Shown here one piece after another: positions 1 through 9,483 of a stretch of 64,000 nucleotides of DNA. Below the pieces are notes generated by a model. It worked only from the letters and a program-made list of their open reading frames with translations. It searched no databases and had not been told where the DNA came from. How positions within the stretch are numbered: position 1 is the stretch's first letter; the number at the start of each line of letters is the position of its first letter. Source of the DNA: a virus; the IMG/VR virus record IMGVR_UViG_3300009370_000002; one strand, given 5' to 3'. The position numbers were made by a program, and so were the translations under genes.

Positions 1-1
1 T

Positions 2-2263
2 AAACTGCTTTACCTTTTTGGTAAGAAGTGCAGATGTTCCACCGCTCAAAGCAGTATAAGATGTGTTGCCTTTGCGAGAACCAGAAACATATGTAATGAC
101 GTTGTTGGCTGTGTCGATTTTGATATTGTCTAGCGAAAAGATAAAGCTGTACTCAAAATCACCCGATGGTTCGTGTGTGCTAGAGTCAAATTCCGATGGC
201 AATGCTCTTAAATAATCAACATAATCGTTATCGTGAACTCTTGACGTTGTACTATCTTTGGGGCGAATTCCGTATAAAGCTTTATATGGGTTCGCCGGAT
301 TTCCATCAGAACCAGAATTTCTGAGTATTAGTGATGGAAATTTGAACATAGCTGTTGCATTCGAAGGCAAACCTCCTGCGAAATCATTAATACCTGAATG
401 GCCACTGGCGGGAACTGAACCGGAACCTTTTACAAATACACCAGCAAATGAAGCCCCTGTACCTAGTGCCCTTGCAGAAGATACACCTTCACTTATATCA
501 AACCCTTTTGGTCGTCCTGGCCCGGTAAAGCCAAAGGGAAGATCGTTTGGTTGATATCCGCCATCTGATTTTTTCATTTCAACCCAGATATAACTTGAAC
601 GATTCTCAATATCTCCAATATAAATATATTTCTTAAGTGATTCGCTCCATGATGATATACGGAAATTACCAATTCTATCCTCAATATAATTTGAAGAGTT
701 GTTGTTCAGGTTGCAGTTTGTGAATTTCTCAAGAAGATTACCAGCAACATCTCTAACTGTAACTGAAAATGAAGGATAAGCATTAACATTGGCGTTTGGA
801 GCCAATTTGATATCTTCAATTCCAACCATTATTTCTTTTTGCAAATCATCTCCACCATGAAGACAGTGGAACCTAAACAAAGGATTAGCAGCGTATGTTT
901 CAATATTGTAATCTGTTGGCTCGTTACCTTCATCGTGAGAAATTACCCATCCAGTTTTTGCTTTAGTGTGTTCTTTTCTCTGGTATCCCCAATTTGCCTT
1001 ATTTGCATCTCCATCTGCCTTGTGCAGTGGAAGCAAAACAGCATACTGATTGCCGCTGGTGCTACTTGTTACAAATTGCTTTAAGCTTCTTTCAAAAGTC
1101 TCTCCAAGCCAATATGTTGCTTGATCAGCGCTTGGCGTCATTGTGGTGTTAACCTTTTGGGGGTTGGTGTTGAGTACGTTTCTGATATATTTTGAGCTTG
1201 ACTTGCTAAAATTGAACTTAAGAGTCGAGCCAATCTTTGCAGAAGCAGTATCATAAACATCAATCCCAAACATTAGTGAATCTCCAATAGACTCAATAAA
1301 TGTACAGGCGCTTGATGACTTGTTTGAATTCCCGTCTGGAACGGTACCAGATAGTGTCATATAACCAGAATCACAATAGAGAATTGCCCCAAGGGAACCA
1401 TACTTCCCTCCGGTAATCGCAGCCAAAGTTACGGATATTTGATCGTAAGTACCAGGTGCGCTAGCATCTTCTAATCCGCAATGCAGCCCACTGCTTGACG
1501 CCAATGCCACCGTAGAAGCTCCTAAGTTTCTAATCACCATAACTTTTGCATTACCACCATCGACTTCAACATCGACATTTAGAGTGCCATCATCTATTTT
1601 AACTTGAATTGCAGCTATGAGCGCTAATACAACACCCTCCTCGCTTCCAGCCGAAGAGATATCAACAGCGATGGCATCCGTTGTGGCCGCACCATTGGAT
1701 GAATAATCAAACTCAAATATTGTTGTTCCAACAGTAATGGTTTGTCCCTCATAATTAGAGAGGGTTGAAGTTGTGATTCCCACTTTACTACTTGCACCAC
1801 TGTCGGCTATACATGCAGCTTTATCAATAACAAAAAGCCCGTAAGCTGTTGAATTGTGTGCTGCGCTTGCACTTGGGACACACCCCGATGCTCCGCTTAC
1901 TTGCCAACCAGCAAAACCATTACTTGAAGGAGTATCAACTTGATCACCCAACAACCGAACAATTGTTACTGGGCTGTTGCCGGATGCTAACCACGCTTGA
2001 GCAGCATAAGAAGCGTATGTGGGAGCACTCATGTTCGGGCCGTCTCTCCATACGTCACCTGTGGCTGATAAGCCACCTGCGGTGGGTTTTCCGAAAACTT
2101 TTACATAGCTATCCCAGCTTGTAATCTTCACTGGTTCCATCGCTGGTCCCTTTAGTGTTCTTCCGATTATAATCGGTCCTAATTCATCTGGAACAGCCGG
2201 CATTGCCGAGTTGTCAATCTCACGTATGTTGATACCCGGTGATTGAAATGTGAATTCTGGCAT
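2..2263 (-). CDS. Contractile tail sheath protein (T4 gp18-like), partial, runs off the left edge
   Basis: Hand translation from ATG at 2263 gives MPEFTFQSPGINIREIDNSAMPAVPDELGPIIIGRTLKGPAMEPVKITSWDSYVKVFG, the SPG-x(3)-REID...GP...F-G N-terminus typical of sheaths. SD GAGGAG upstream. Absent from the ORF track, consistent with no stop inside the window; both ends translate open. Confidence 0.85.
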   Translation of the reverse strand, partial: MPEFTFQSPGINIREIDNSAMPAVPDELGPIIIGRTLKGPAMEPVKITSWDSYVKVFGKPTAGGLSATGDVWRDGPNMSAPTYASYAAQAWLASGNSPVTIVRLLGDQVDTPSSNGFAGWQVSGASGCVPSASAAHNSTAYGLFVIDKAACIADSGASSKVGITTSTLSNYEGQTITVGTTIFEFDYSSNGAATTDAIAVDISSAGSEEGVVLALIAAIQVKIDDGTLNVDVEVDGGNAKVMVIRNLGASTVALASSSGLHCGLEDASAPGTYDQISVTLAAITGGKYGSLGAILYCDSGYMTLSGTVPDGNSNKSSSACTFIESIGDSLMFGIDVYDTASAKIGSTLKFNFSKSSSKYIRNVLNTNPQKVNTTMTPSADQATYWLGETFERSLKQFVTSSTSGNQYAVLLPLHKADGDANKANWGYQRKEHTKAKTGWVISHDEGNEPTDYNIETYAANPLFRFHCLHGGDDLQKEIMVGIEDIKLAPNANVNAYPSFSVTVRDVAGNLLEKFTNCNLNNNSSNYIEDRIGNFRISSWSESLKKYIYIGDIENRSSYIWVEMKKSDGGYQPNDLPFGFTGPGRPKGFDISEGVSSARALGTGASFAGVFVKGSGSVPASGHSGINDFAGGLPSNATAMFKFPSLILRNSGSDGNPANPYKALYGIRPKDSTTSRVHDNDYVDYLRALPSEFDSSTHEPSGDFEYSFIFSLDNIKIDTANNVITYVSGSRKGNTSYTALSGGTSALLTKKVKQF

Positions 2264-2299
2264 AATAGTGTATCTCCTCTTAATTTTTTCTATTCACAA

Positions 2300-2307
2300 T
2301 AAATAGT
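2300..2307 (-). promoter_or_regulatory. Candidate late promoter motif ACTATTTA upstream of sheath gene
   Basis: Exact copy of an 8-mer that recurs in intergenic gaps upstream of structural genes. Confidence 0.55.
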
Positions 2308-2380
2308 AAGTTTGAGCCTAAATGGAATAGTTTTTGTTTTTTATCATCTTTAAAATTGTACTCACGGCTTTTTTTTGCTT

Positions 2381-3520
2381 TTAATCATCATCACAATCTG
2401 TCCCGTACACTTTTTCTCGATTATCTGGATTCCCATATTCGTTACCAGTTCCTTCCATATTTACCCACCCTTGTCCTGGAATTATATCCTGTGGGTTGAC
2501 TAGCCTCCACGATGTTTCGTAAGACACTTCTGTGTCTGCTTGGTCTGCACCTGTTGTTGCAGTTGTGGCTGCTTGGCTTTCGGGATCTGCAAATTGAAGC
2601 GCAGATGCTGCAATATAACACTGATCATTAATTGTGATTTGGCTAGGCCCGCTGTAGCCGCTGCCGTTACTGTTGGATTCTCCGAACCCACTTGAGTTCA
2701 GTTGTCCAGTCCCAGGAGTATATTCCATTTCTGTTACGGCATGGAGCTTGGCAATGGTTTCCCTTTTCACAATTTTCGGACGAGGCTCGTTAACACCTTC
2801 CCCAATAACATATCCAAGTACCTTAATATCAACTTTTGTTTGAAACTTCCTCTCCTCTTCATTCAAAGAGGCAAGATTGTTCTCTTGAGAGAATTCTTGT
2901 TGTATGAACGATTCAAACCTATGTCCATCCTGTTTGTAGACAAAATGATTAACTTGCCCCGTTTTGGATATAAATGGCAACACCATTTGATTCATTTGTT
3001 GTTGATATTCACAACGCAACGTGATAGAGTATGTTACTGCCACATATGTTGGTATGGGCACTAGATACTCATCCATAACTATCTCTCTGCCGTAGTCTGT
3101 CGAAAATGGGTTTCCTTTCCAATCGGCATTATTGAAATTTTTTGCATGTTGCCGGGCTGATGTCTTTTCTTGATTTATCTTTGACACAACTTTAAATGCG
3201 CCACCAACATAATCTCTACCTTGTCCTTTTCTTGGGCGTATGTCGGCTTGGATTGCCCCTTTGAAGGTAGGGTCTTTTTGCATCGATGTTCTTTCAACTG
3301 AGATTAGTGGCAATTTCAATTTACCGCTTGTGTCTCTCAATTGTACATCTGACTTTAATTGGTGTGCTCTTTCTGAACCTACCCAAATAACGGGAACTTT
3401 TCTGAACCCAGAATTCGTAAATACGTGTATATTGAATTCGTTTTTCAGATATTCTACGAGCCCAACGTCAATTGTCTCAAGCGTACATGGCTTTATTGGA
3501 AATACTTCATTATTCTGCAT
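2381..3520 (-). CDS. Putative tail completion / sheath stabiliser (T4 gp15-like) with low-complexity C-terminal extension
   Basis: Position between neck and sheath genes; PTYVAVTYSITLRCEYQQQMNQMVLPF resembles the gp15 core. Start moved from 3586 to ATG 3520 (GGAG SD, overlaps upstream stop). Confidence 0.5.
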   Translation of the reverse strand: MQNNEVFPIKPCTLETIDVGLVEYLKNEFNIHVFTNSGFRKVPVIWVGSERAHQLKSDVQLRDTSGKLKLPLISVERTSMQKDPTFKGAIQADIRPRKGQGRDYVGGAFKVVSKINQEKTSARQHAKNFNNADWKGNPFSTDYGREIVMDEYLVPIPTYVAVTYSITLRCEYQQQMNQMVLPFISKTGQVNHFVYKQDGHRFESFIQQEFSQENNLASLNEEERKFQTKVDIKVLGYVIGEGVNEPRPKIVKRETIAKLHAVTEMEYTPGTGQLNSSGFGESNSNGSGYSGPSQITINDQCYIAASALQFADPESQAATTATTGADQADTEVSYETSWRLVNPQDIIPGQGWVNMEGTGNEYGNPDNREKVYGTDCDDD

Positions 3521-4001
3521 TGAAAACTCCATCTCTTGCTCTGATGCACTCAGCTTGAATCTCAAACCTATGCTCAGGTTGTCCAAAAAGCAATTTTGGC
3601 TCTATTAACTTAACTATCTCGTAAAATATTGAACCGTACCTTACAAAGTCTCCTTCTCTCACATATAAGTCTTGATCTTCGGTGATTCTCTTCTTGTGAA
3701 ACTTGACACTTATCTTGGTTGTCTTATCAATGCCAACATTTTCCATATATTCTGTTTCAATTCCTTGATATTCAACCAAAGCAAAAACCCTAATGGGCGG
3801 AAGGAAGGTTTTTTCTATCGCTTCCCCATACAATGGGTGGAAATTTGTATGTTCGGCATCAATTCCGAAATAGAGTATCTGTTGCCCAACAACTCGCTCA
3901 GCAATTTCATCATTTACCTGCTTAACAAGGTTGCGTTCTTTCTCCCCCAAGAACATTGGTGGTGGAGGCTGTTCAGATTTTTTCCATTTATCGTCTGCCA
4001 T
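3510..4001 (-). CDS. Neck / head-closure protein (T4 gp14-like)
   Basis: LYGEAIEKTF...EGDFVRYGSIFYEI motif pattern; directly downstream of the gp13-like gene. Confidence 0.6.
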   Translation of the reverse strand: MADDKWKKSEQPPPPMFLGEKERNLVKQVNDEIAERVVGQQILYFGIDAEHTNFHPLYGEAIEKTFLPPIRVFALVEYQGIETEYMENVGIDKTTKISVKFHKKRITEDQDLYVREGDFVRYGSIFYEIVKLIEPKLLFGQPEHRFEIQAECIRARDGVFNAE

Positions 4002-4005
4002 AACG

Positions 4006-5247
4006 TTATCCTACGAATATCTTCAATGGAACCCGTTCCATAATAGCAGCAGAATTGTCAATGATTCCCTTATCTGTTTCCGACAGTTTGGGATAAGTCA
4101 TTTCTGCCAATTGCTCCTTAAGTTCATCTCTTAGAGCATTTTGTTCATCTTTAGCTTGGCTAAGTAAATCTGAGGCGTTCAGTGTAACCGATTCGCCCGG
4201 AATTGGTATAGCTCCTCCAAATTTGCCTCGAATCTGCCCAAGTGTCTCCTTTGAAAGCGCTAGTGCAAACCTCCTTATCCATTGTTTACCAATTGAATTA
4301 ATATTTTCATATGGGATGTTCTGAAATGGAAGCGTATTCATGTTATTGATGCCATCCTCGCCACCTCCATCACTCTCAAACGGGCCAGTGTCTACACTAA
4401 ATCGAACCCAGAACTTTTCTGGTGAGATAGAACTTGGGGTTGGGTATAATATCAGCTTGTTATCAATGATTTCATATGAATAGTGCGATGTTCTTGTATA
4501 TAAATGATCTTCATATTGAATTGCTTGTGCTTTGTTCTGCCAAGCAGGAATTACATTAAAGCTTGAATCATCGGCATACTGTCCATAGGTATGCATGTCA
4601 CCAGTGACGTTTAATCCGCCGTAGTAACCGTAAAATCGCCACATTTGCCTTGGGGTGATATAATATACCTGCCTAATCTTTACTCTATTAGTGCCAACTT
4701 TGCCATAAAATGGGAATGAAGATGAGTTATCAGATTGAGCCTTAAGCAAAGTCTGTAAATCATATTCTTGCTTTTGATTTACTGTATCAAAGGATGCTGA
4801 ATAGATGGGCTCAGTGCCTCCTACAACAGCTTCTGTGCTAAAGGTATCCCCTAACCTAAAGGCGTAATCAAAACGTAATTTTGGGTACTTTAAAGCCGCC
4901 CCTGTGCCTGTCTCAACTTCACCTTGGTAATCAAATGATGCTGTAGCTGCTCCAAGCGCAGATCCAAGAGCATTTTTTGCTTGATGAAGGTTAATAAGAT
5001 AAGAATACTCCAATACCGATTCTTCATAGTTAGCATATACATTCTTCTCTGTTAGTTCGATGTCTAGGACATCTCCACCCAGCTTCTTGTACGTATAAGC
5101 AACCTGTGCTACTGCTCCTGTAATAAAAGCAACAGAACCAGTATATGTTCCGATGGGACAGGCACCGGTAACATTGGCATGTGTTCCGGTTACCGGTAAT
5201 ATAATGGCGCTAGTAGAAGACGCCGGTGTTAGTGTTGGTAAAGCCAT
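4006..5247 (-). CDS. Neck protein (T4 gp13-like head-tail adaptor)
   Basis: C-terminal WIRRFALALSKETLGQIRGKFGGAIPIPGESVTLNASDLLSQAKDEQNALRDEL matches the gp13 pattern; SD GGAGG. Confidence 0.75.
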   Translation of the reverse strand: MALPTLTPASSTSAIILPVTGTHANVTGACPIGTYTGSVAFITGAVAQVAYTYKKLGGDVLDIELTEKNVYANYEESVLEYSYLINLHQAKNALGSALGAATASFDYQGEVETGTGAALKYPKLRFDYAFRLGDTFSTEAVVGGTEPIYSASFDTVNQKQEYDLQTLLKAQSDNSSSFPFYGKVGTNRVKIRQVYYITPRQMWRFYGYYGGLNVTGDMHTYGQYADDSSFNVIPAWQNKAQAIQYEDHLYTRTSHYSYEIIDNKLILYPTPSSISPEKFWVRFSVDTGPFESDGGGEDGINNMNTLPFQNIPYENINSIGKQWIRRFALALSKETLGQIRGKFGGAIPIPGESVTLNASDLLSQAKDEQNALRDELKEQLAEMTYPKLSETDKGIIDNSAAIMERVPLKIFVG

Positions 5248-5268
5248 TCATGAAACCTCCAGTCAACA

Positions 5269-5276
5269 TAAATAGT
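5269..5276 (-). promoter_or_regulatory. Candidate late promoter motif ACTATTTA upstream of neck gene
   Basis: Exact 8-mer about 21 nt upstream of ATG 5247. Confidence 0.55.
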
Positions 5277-5293
5277 TTCTCAAATGAGAAAGA

Positions 5294-5683
5294 TTACTGT
5301 GCCGCTGTGATAGCTCTTATAATGGTTGCTTTGGATGAGTTTCTTCTGACATTACACCCAATCTCCGAGGCAAGACTCAACAGTTCTTTCTTTGTCATTT
5401 TCTTCAAATCTTGAGTCTCCACTTGTTCTTCCTCTTCCAATTCGGGAGGAGGCTCTGTTGCCAAGAATTGCGGTTCGATAATAGCAGCGTTTGTGGGTTC
5501 GGTGGTTGTTTTTATATTGTCAATTGTTTGTAAAATTGTGTCACAAGTACTTGACACGCTTTTCATGCGTTCGAGGACAACTGAATTGTCTTCAACAACC
5601 TTTGTCATTTTTGCTTCTTGTTCTCTTATACGTCTTTGTTCAATTAGCCGCTTTCGTCTCAAGCGTTGTGATTTTCTAGCCAT
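5294..5683 (-). CDS. Small protein with basic N-terminus and C-terminal Rho-N/HeH-like helical domain
   Basis: DLKKMTKKELLSLASEIGCNVRRNSSKATIIRAI fits the Rho termination factor N-terminal-like motif; SD AGGAG. Confidence 0.6.
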   Translation of the reverse strand: MARKSQRLRRKRLIEQRRIREQEAKMTKVVEDNSVVLERMKSVSSTCDTILQTIDNIKTTTEPTNAAIIEPQFLATEPPPELEEEEQVETQDLKKMTKKELLSLASEIGCNVRRNSSKATIIRAITAAQ

Positions 5684-5757
5684 TGTAACTCCTTGTTAGT
5701 TGCTGTAATTAGACTGAAATCTGAAAAATTGTCCGAAAATAAAATTCGGGAAATTAG

Positions 5758-5780
5758 AAAAAGCCCACCGAAGTGAGCTT
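5758..5780 (-). terminator. Rho-independent terminator with C(UUCG)G tetraloop
   Basis: Minus strand AAGCTCAC-TTCG-GTGGGCTT followed by T-run, downstream of the gene at 5808..6239. Confidence 0.85.
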
Positions 5781-5807
5781 AGTCTTAATATTATGGAGAC
5801 TGTGGCG

Positions 5808-6239
5808 CTATTCTACTACGGCAGTGATAGCATTTACCTTCTGCGATTGCCCTGACATGAAGTAGTTTGTCCCATCAGACCAAATCTTAACATGGTCACC
5901 AGCACAGCAACCGGTTGTAAGAGTGATTTGCTCAGTACCTGTTTCGACCGCTGGCGGGTTGATTTGTACGTTGGGATCATTATCATCGATAGTTATGACA
6001 AATCCAAATACTAAATTTGTGCCTTGTGCTTGGATAGTAGTTTCAGCGGGGCTGGCTTTATCTACCCAAAATTCAGCCCACCAGCCTTTGCCACATTCGG
6101 CAACTGTTGGTAGTGTAAGGGTAGCAGTAGCTCCGCCACATGTAAACATAGTACCACAATCGGCAGCATTTAAAGTCTTAGTAGCAGTAACGTCTTCAAC
6201 TTTTCGTCGTTGAGCAGAATATCTTCCTAATTTAGCCAT
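5808..6239 (-). CDS. Hypothetical virion protein (possible capsid decoration/fibre)
   Basis: Directly downstream of the major capsid gene, own SD (AAGGAG) and motif; beta-rich, with a TLTLP motif also seen in the fibre genes. Confidence 0.55.
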   Translation of the reverse strand: MAKLGRYSAQRRKVEDVTATKTLNAADCGTMFTCGGATATLTLPTVAECGKGWWAEFWVDKASPAETTIQAQGTNLVFGFVITIDDNDPNVQINPPAVETGTEQITLTTGCCAGDHVKIWSDGTNYFMSGQSQKVNAITAVVE

Positions 6240-6295
6240 TTATTCAATCTCCTTATAATCAATAAATCTTTTATGCGTTAACTCGCATTCAGTAG

Positions 6296-6303
6296 TAAAT
6301 AGT
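6296..6303 (-). promoter_or_regulatory. Candidate late promoter motif ACTATTTA followed by a short leader hairpin
   Basis: Exact 8-mer, then ATGCG-AGTTAA-CGCAT hairpin (6273..6288) before the SD. Confidence 0.55.
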
Positions 6304-6310
6304 AGCCACA

Positions 6311-6345
6311 AAAAGAAAACCCCCAACCAAAATGGAAGGGGGTTT
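6311..6345 (-). terminator. Rho-independent terminator after the major capsid gene
   Basis: AAACCCCC...GGGGGTTT stem followed by TCTTTTT on the minus strand. Confidence 0.7.
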
Positions 6346-6367
6346 GTTTTTAACTTCTCAGTTTAGA

Positions 6368-8164
6368 TTAGCTTGAGCCGCTCTCACCAAGGAGTCCTCG
6401 AACGATGACAATGCCGTACATATCAGGACGTACCATTTTCTTCGCATAACGAGTCATGACCCCTTTACGAGGCACGAAGTCTTCAGGTCCGAAGATGGTA
6501 GGTGTGGTTTGTAGAGGCACGTAAGGTGCATACACATAACCAGACTCAAGGAAACTGTTTCCTTTACGTCCAATAAGAGCAACATTTCTTGGGAAGTAAG
6601 GATCAACGATAACGTCGAACTTACGACTTAGAGAACCAACCTTAACTGCTCCGATTTCGCCTTTGTCTGCGTCAGCAGTAACATTGGCACGGAACCCAGA
6701 GGTAAACTCAAGAATGTTAGCAATTTCAGGCCCACAAACTACGAAGTTTGCACCACCACGAAGTGTTTTCAAGTGGATTTGAGCAGAAACGTCATTGATG
6801 GTTTCAATAAGAGTCTCATACCATTCGCTTACGGTACCGGTGAAGTCAGGAGAAGCAGCAGTTGCTCCCAATTCTAAACCAGTTTGACGATTTACAAACA
6901 AACCAGGAGAACGACTCCAGTAATAAGTACCAGCAGTTGCGCCATTCACCAAATCAGCCAAGATTTCTCTGTCGATTTCAAGAGCAATTTGCTCCGAAAG
7001 GATAGAGGTAAGCTCAACTTCAGCATCCAAGTTATGATAAGCATTCAAGTCTTGTCCCAATTCGGGAGTCCACTTGGCTTTCAGCTTCTTGGTTTGTGCT
7101 GTAATGGCGATTGAATCAACCTTGATGTCGATTTCTGGAATTTCTTCAAGTCCTTCCATAACCATACCACTAGTCCACAAAAGTCCACCAGCAGCAGCGC
7201 CGGTTGTGGTTGTTGAGTCTTGAACAGGGACTTCAATATCTATATCAGCGGCAAGGCTTACGGTGGTTGTGGTTGCTTCTACAACTACAAAACGAACAGC
7301 AGCAGCGGCGGCGGTGAGAGAACTCTCTCCACTAGCTAATGATACTACACTAGTTAAGCGGCGGATAATTCTAGGATCGTCACTGGCTGCCAAATTTGTT
7401 TGAGCAGCCAACTCGCTTTCTATAATATTAAAAGCAGCCAGATTATTAAAATCGGCATTACCTGTATCGAATACTGATTTTGCAGCATCAATAACTACGG
7501 CTTTTGTACCAGTAAGCGTAAGAAGATCGGGATCATAATTAATCAGCTTCTTTTGAGCTTCAGTTGCAGCAGAAAGGGTGAATTGGTCCTTAATAGCTAA
7601 GGTGGCACCAGCATTTGCGGCTGTTACTGAACCAGTTGGAGAAGACCATGCGCCTCCAACAGCTTGACGCATACCGATGTTCTCTTTCAAAGTTGCACCA
7701 ACGATGTCAACACCACCAGTAACCTCTGAACCAACTTGGTTAGTGCCATAAATTGACTTATCATAAAGATTACCGAATCTGTCACCACCATCAGCAGTGG
7801 AAGCATCAGCACCAGATCCACCGCTTGGTGAATATTTAAAATCAAGGAAGAAGATGAGGCCAGATGGCAAACTCATCGGTTGAACGCTAACTAAGTCATT
7901 AGCGATAAGTCCGGCGAATACTCGTCGAACGATTGGGAATGCTACAGCGGCGAAACCTTCAACATCACCAGCACCCATAGATGAACTCTCACGAAGTAGT
8001 TCTTTTGCTTGGTTTTCAAGCAAGCGAGCCATAGTTGATTTCTTATGGTCGCTATCAAGGCCTTCAAGTAAACCGGTTTGTGTCCATTTATTAAGAAGAG
8101 CTTCCCCTTCCTGTTTCATGTCTCGGTTCACAATGCCTTCGGTAAGTTTTTGTACAATAGACAT
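6368..8164 (-). CDS. Major capsid protein (T4 gp23 family)
   Basis: VQPMSLPSGLIFFLDF, KLKAKWTPELGQDLNAYHNLDAEVELTSILSEQIALEIDREIL, GYVYAPYVPL, GVMTRYA are gp23-family motifs; SD AGGAGGT. Confidence 0.97.
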   Translation of the reverse strand: MSIVQKLTEGIVNRDMKQEGEALLNKWTQTGLLEGLDSDHKKSTMARLLENQAKELLRESSSMGAGDVEGFAAVAFPIVRRVFAGLIANDLVSVQPMSLPSGLIFFLDFKYSPSGGSGADASTADGGDRFGNLYDKSIYGTNQVGSEVTGGVDIVGATLKENIGMRQAVGGAWSSPTGSVTAANAGATLAIKDQFTLSAATEAQKKLINYDPDLLTLTGTKAVVIDAAKSVFDTGNADFNNLAAFNIIESELAAQTNLAASDDPRIIRRLTSVVSLASGESSLTAAAAAVRFVVVEATTTTVSLAADIDIEVPVQDSTTTTGAAAGGLLWTSGMVMEGLEEIPEIDIKVDSIAITAQTKKLKAKWTPELGQDLNAYHNLDAEVELTSILSEQIALEIDREILADLVNGATAGTYYWSRSPGLFVNRQTGLELGATAASPDFTGTVSEWYETLIETINDVSAQIHLKTLRGGANFVVCGPEIANILEFTSGFRANVTADADKGEIGAVKVGSLSRKFDVIVDPYFPRNVALIGRKGNSFLESGYVYAPYVPLQTTPTIFGPEDFVPRKGVMTRYAKKMVRPDMYGIVIVRGLLGESGSS

Positions 8165-8187
8165 TTTAATACCTCCTACAGTATGTT

Positions 8188-9411
8188 CTATTTGATACCA
8201 GCCAATTTCTTCATATGCTCTGCAAATGTGTACTCTTGTGCTGGTTTCTTTCTTCGTGGCATAATACCTGACAAATTCGACTTTCTGTTTACTGACTCGC
8301 TCAGTGATTTTGGCCCATCCTTCTTGGAGGTGCCCACTGTAGCCTTTAGAGTCTCATGGAGAGTCCTTGCTTCATCTGGTGTTTTTGCCGATGCGATGGC
8401 TTCAACAATTTTGTTTTTTTGTCGCTCATTCAAGGAGGCATCGCTTAATGTTTTGTTGCAATACAGCAACTTTGCGTTACTTAATAACGTTTCGTTGAGA
8501 CTAGAGCTAAGCTCCTCAACGATTTTCAATAAATCTTTTGTTTGTGTTTTCTGCTTTTGAATTGTCTCGTCGAGTTCTTCGATTTTCTTCTTATATTCTT
8601 CGTTCTCTTCGTTCTCTTCTTCATCGGACTCTTCTTTAGCCATTTGTTTTTCCTGATCATGCTTTAGGGTGCCCTGATCAGTGGTAATCCACCCTTTCTT
8701 ATCTTCACCCATATCAACCACTACTTCTTCGCTCAAAGCATCAAAAATCTCTTTCAATAAATCTTCTTCAAAGAGTGTGTCTGGTGTTTCTGCTTCAGGC
8801 TCTTCGGTGGCTTCTTCTTCAGGAGCAGCAAGCAAATCTTCCTCTCCGCCTTCTTCAGGAGCAGCAAGCAAATCTTCCTCTCCGCCTTCTTCAGGTGTCT
8901 CAAGGGTTTCTTTCTCTTCATCACTTAAGTGAAGGGTTTCCAAATCAATATCAAAATCCTCTGGATTAAATTCATATACGCTCATTCTTGCGTTTATCTC
9001 GCCGCCTGGAGTAACCCCTGCTGCCATTGGTATACTGTCGAGAACACTCGGTTCAGGGGAAGCAGTTGCTCCCATTCCCATATCCATTCCTGCGTCTTCT
9101 TCTTGCAAAAGAGCCTCATCAGCTTCTTGTACATCAGCTTCCAAGACTAAACTTGTCTTGTCTTCTCCGATGTATTGAATTCCAACTTTTCCGTCTTCGC
9201 TTTCTGTTGTAACTCTTGCAAATTTACCTTCATGCTGCACCAGTTGGTTGCGAGTCCAACGAGACTCTGAAACTTCTGACTCTATCATGCTATCCACCGC
9301 TTCTTTAATTTGTGGTGCATATTTTTCGATTATCGCTTGTTCAGCATTTTTTAGGGCAGCTTCTCTAAGCGCGGCCGCATCGACAATTGCTTGTTCTAAC
9401 ATTGAAGACAT
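8188..9411 (-). CDS. Prohead core / scaffolding protein (gp22-like position)
   Basis: Very acidic, coiled-coil, immediately upstream of the capsid gene; many LxE sites. Start placed at ATG 9411 (MSSMLEQAIVDA) with AGGAG SD. Confidence 0.7.
   Translation of the reverse strand: MSSMLEQAIVDAAALREAALKNAEQAIIEKYAPQIKEAVDSMIESEVSESRWTRNQLVQHEGKFARVTTESEDGKVGIQYIGEDKTSLVLEADVQEADEALLQEEDAGMDMGMGATASPEPSVLDSIPMAAGVTPGGEINARMSVYEFNPEDFDIDLETLHLSDEEKETLETPEEGGEEDLLAAPEEGGEEDLLAAPEEEATEEPEAETPDTLFEEDLLKEIFDALSEEVVVDMGEDKKGWITTDQGTLKHDQEKQMAKEESDEEENEENEEYKKKIEELDETIQKQKTQTKDLLKIVEELSSSLNETLLSNAKLLYCNKTLSDASLNERQKNKIVEAIASAKTPDEARTLHETLKATVGTSKKDGPKSLSESVNRKSNLSGIMPRRKKPAQEYTFAEHMKKLAGIK
8815..8895. repeat. 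36-bp perfect tandem repeat (2.25 copies) in the scaffold gene
   Basis: ttcttcaggagcagcaagcaaatcttcctctccgcc x2 plus a partial copy; encodes PEEGGEEDLLAA. Confidence 0.95.
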
Positions 9412-9447
9412 CAAATTTACTCCTAGGATTAATATATATATCAATCA

Positions 9448-9455
9448 TAAATAGT
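9448..9455 (-). promoter_or_regulatory. Candidate late promoter motif ACTATTTA upstream of scaffold-capsid genes
   Basis: Exact 8-mer in the intergenic gap. Confidence 0.55.
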
Positions 9456-9483
9456 CTTGACTTGTAGAAAAGGAACCAAAAGC

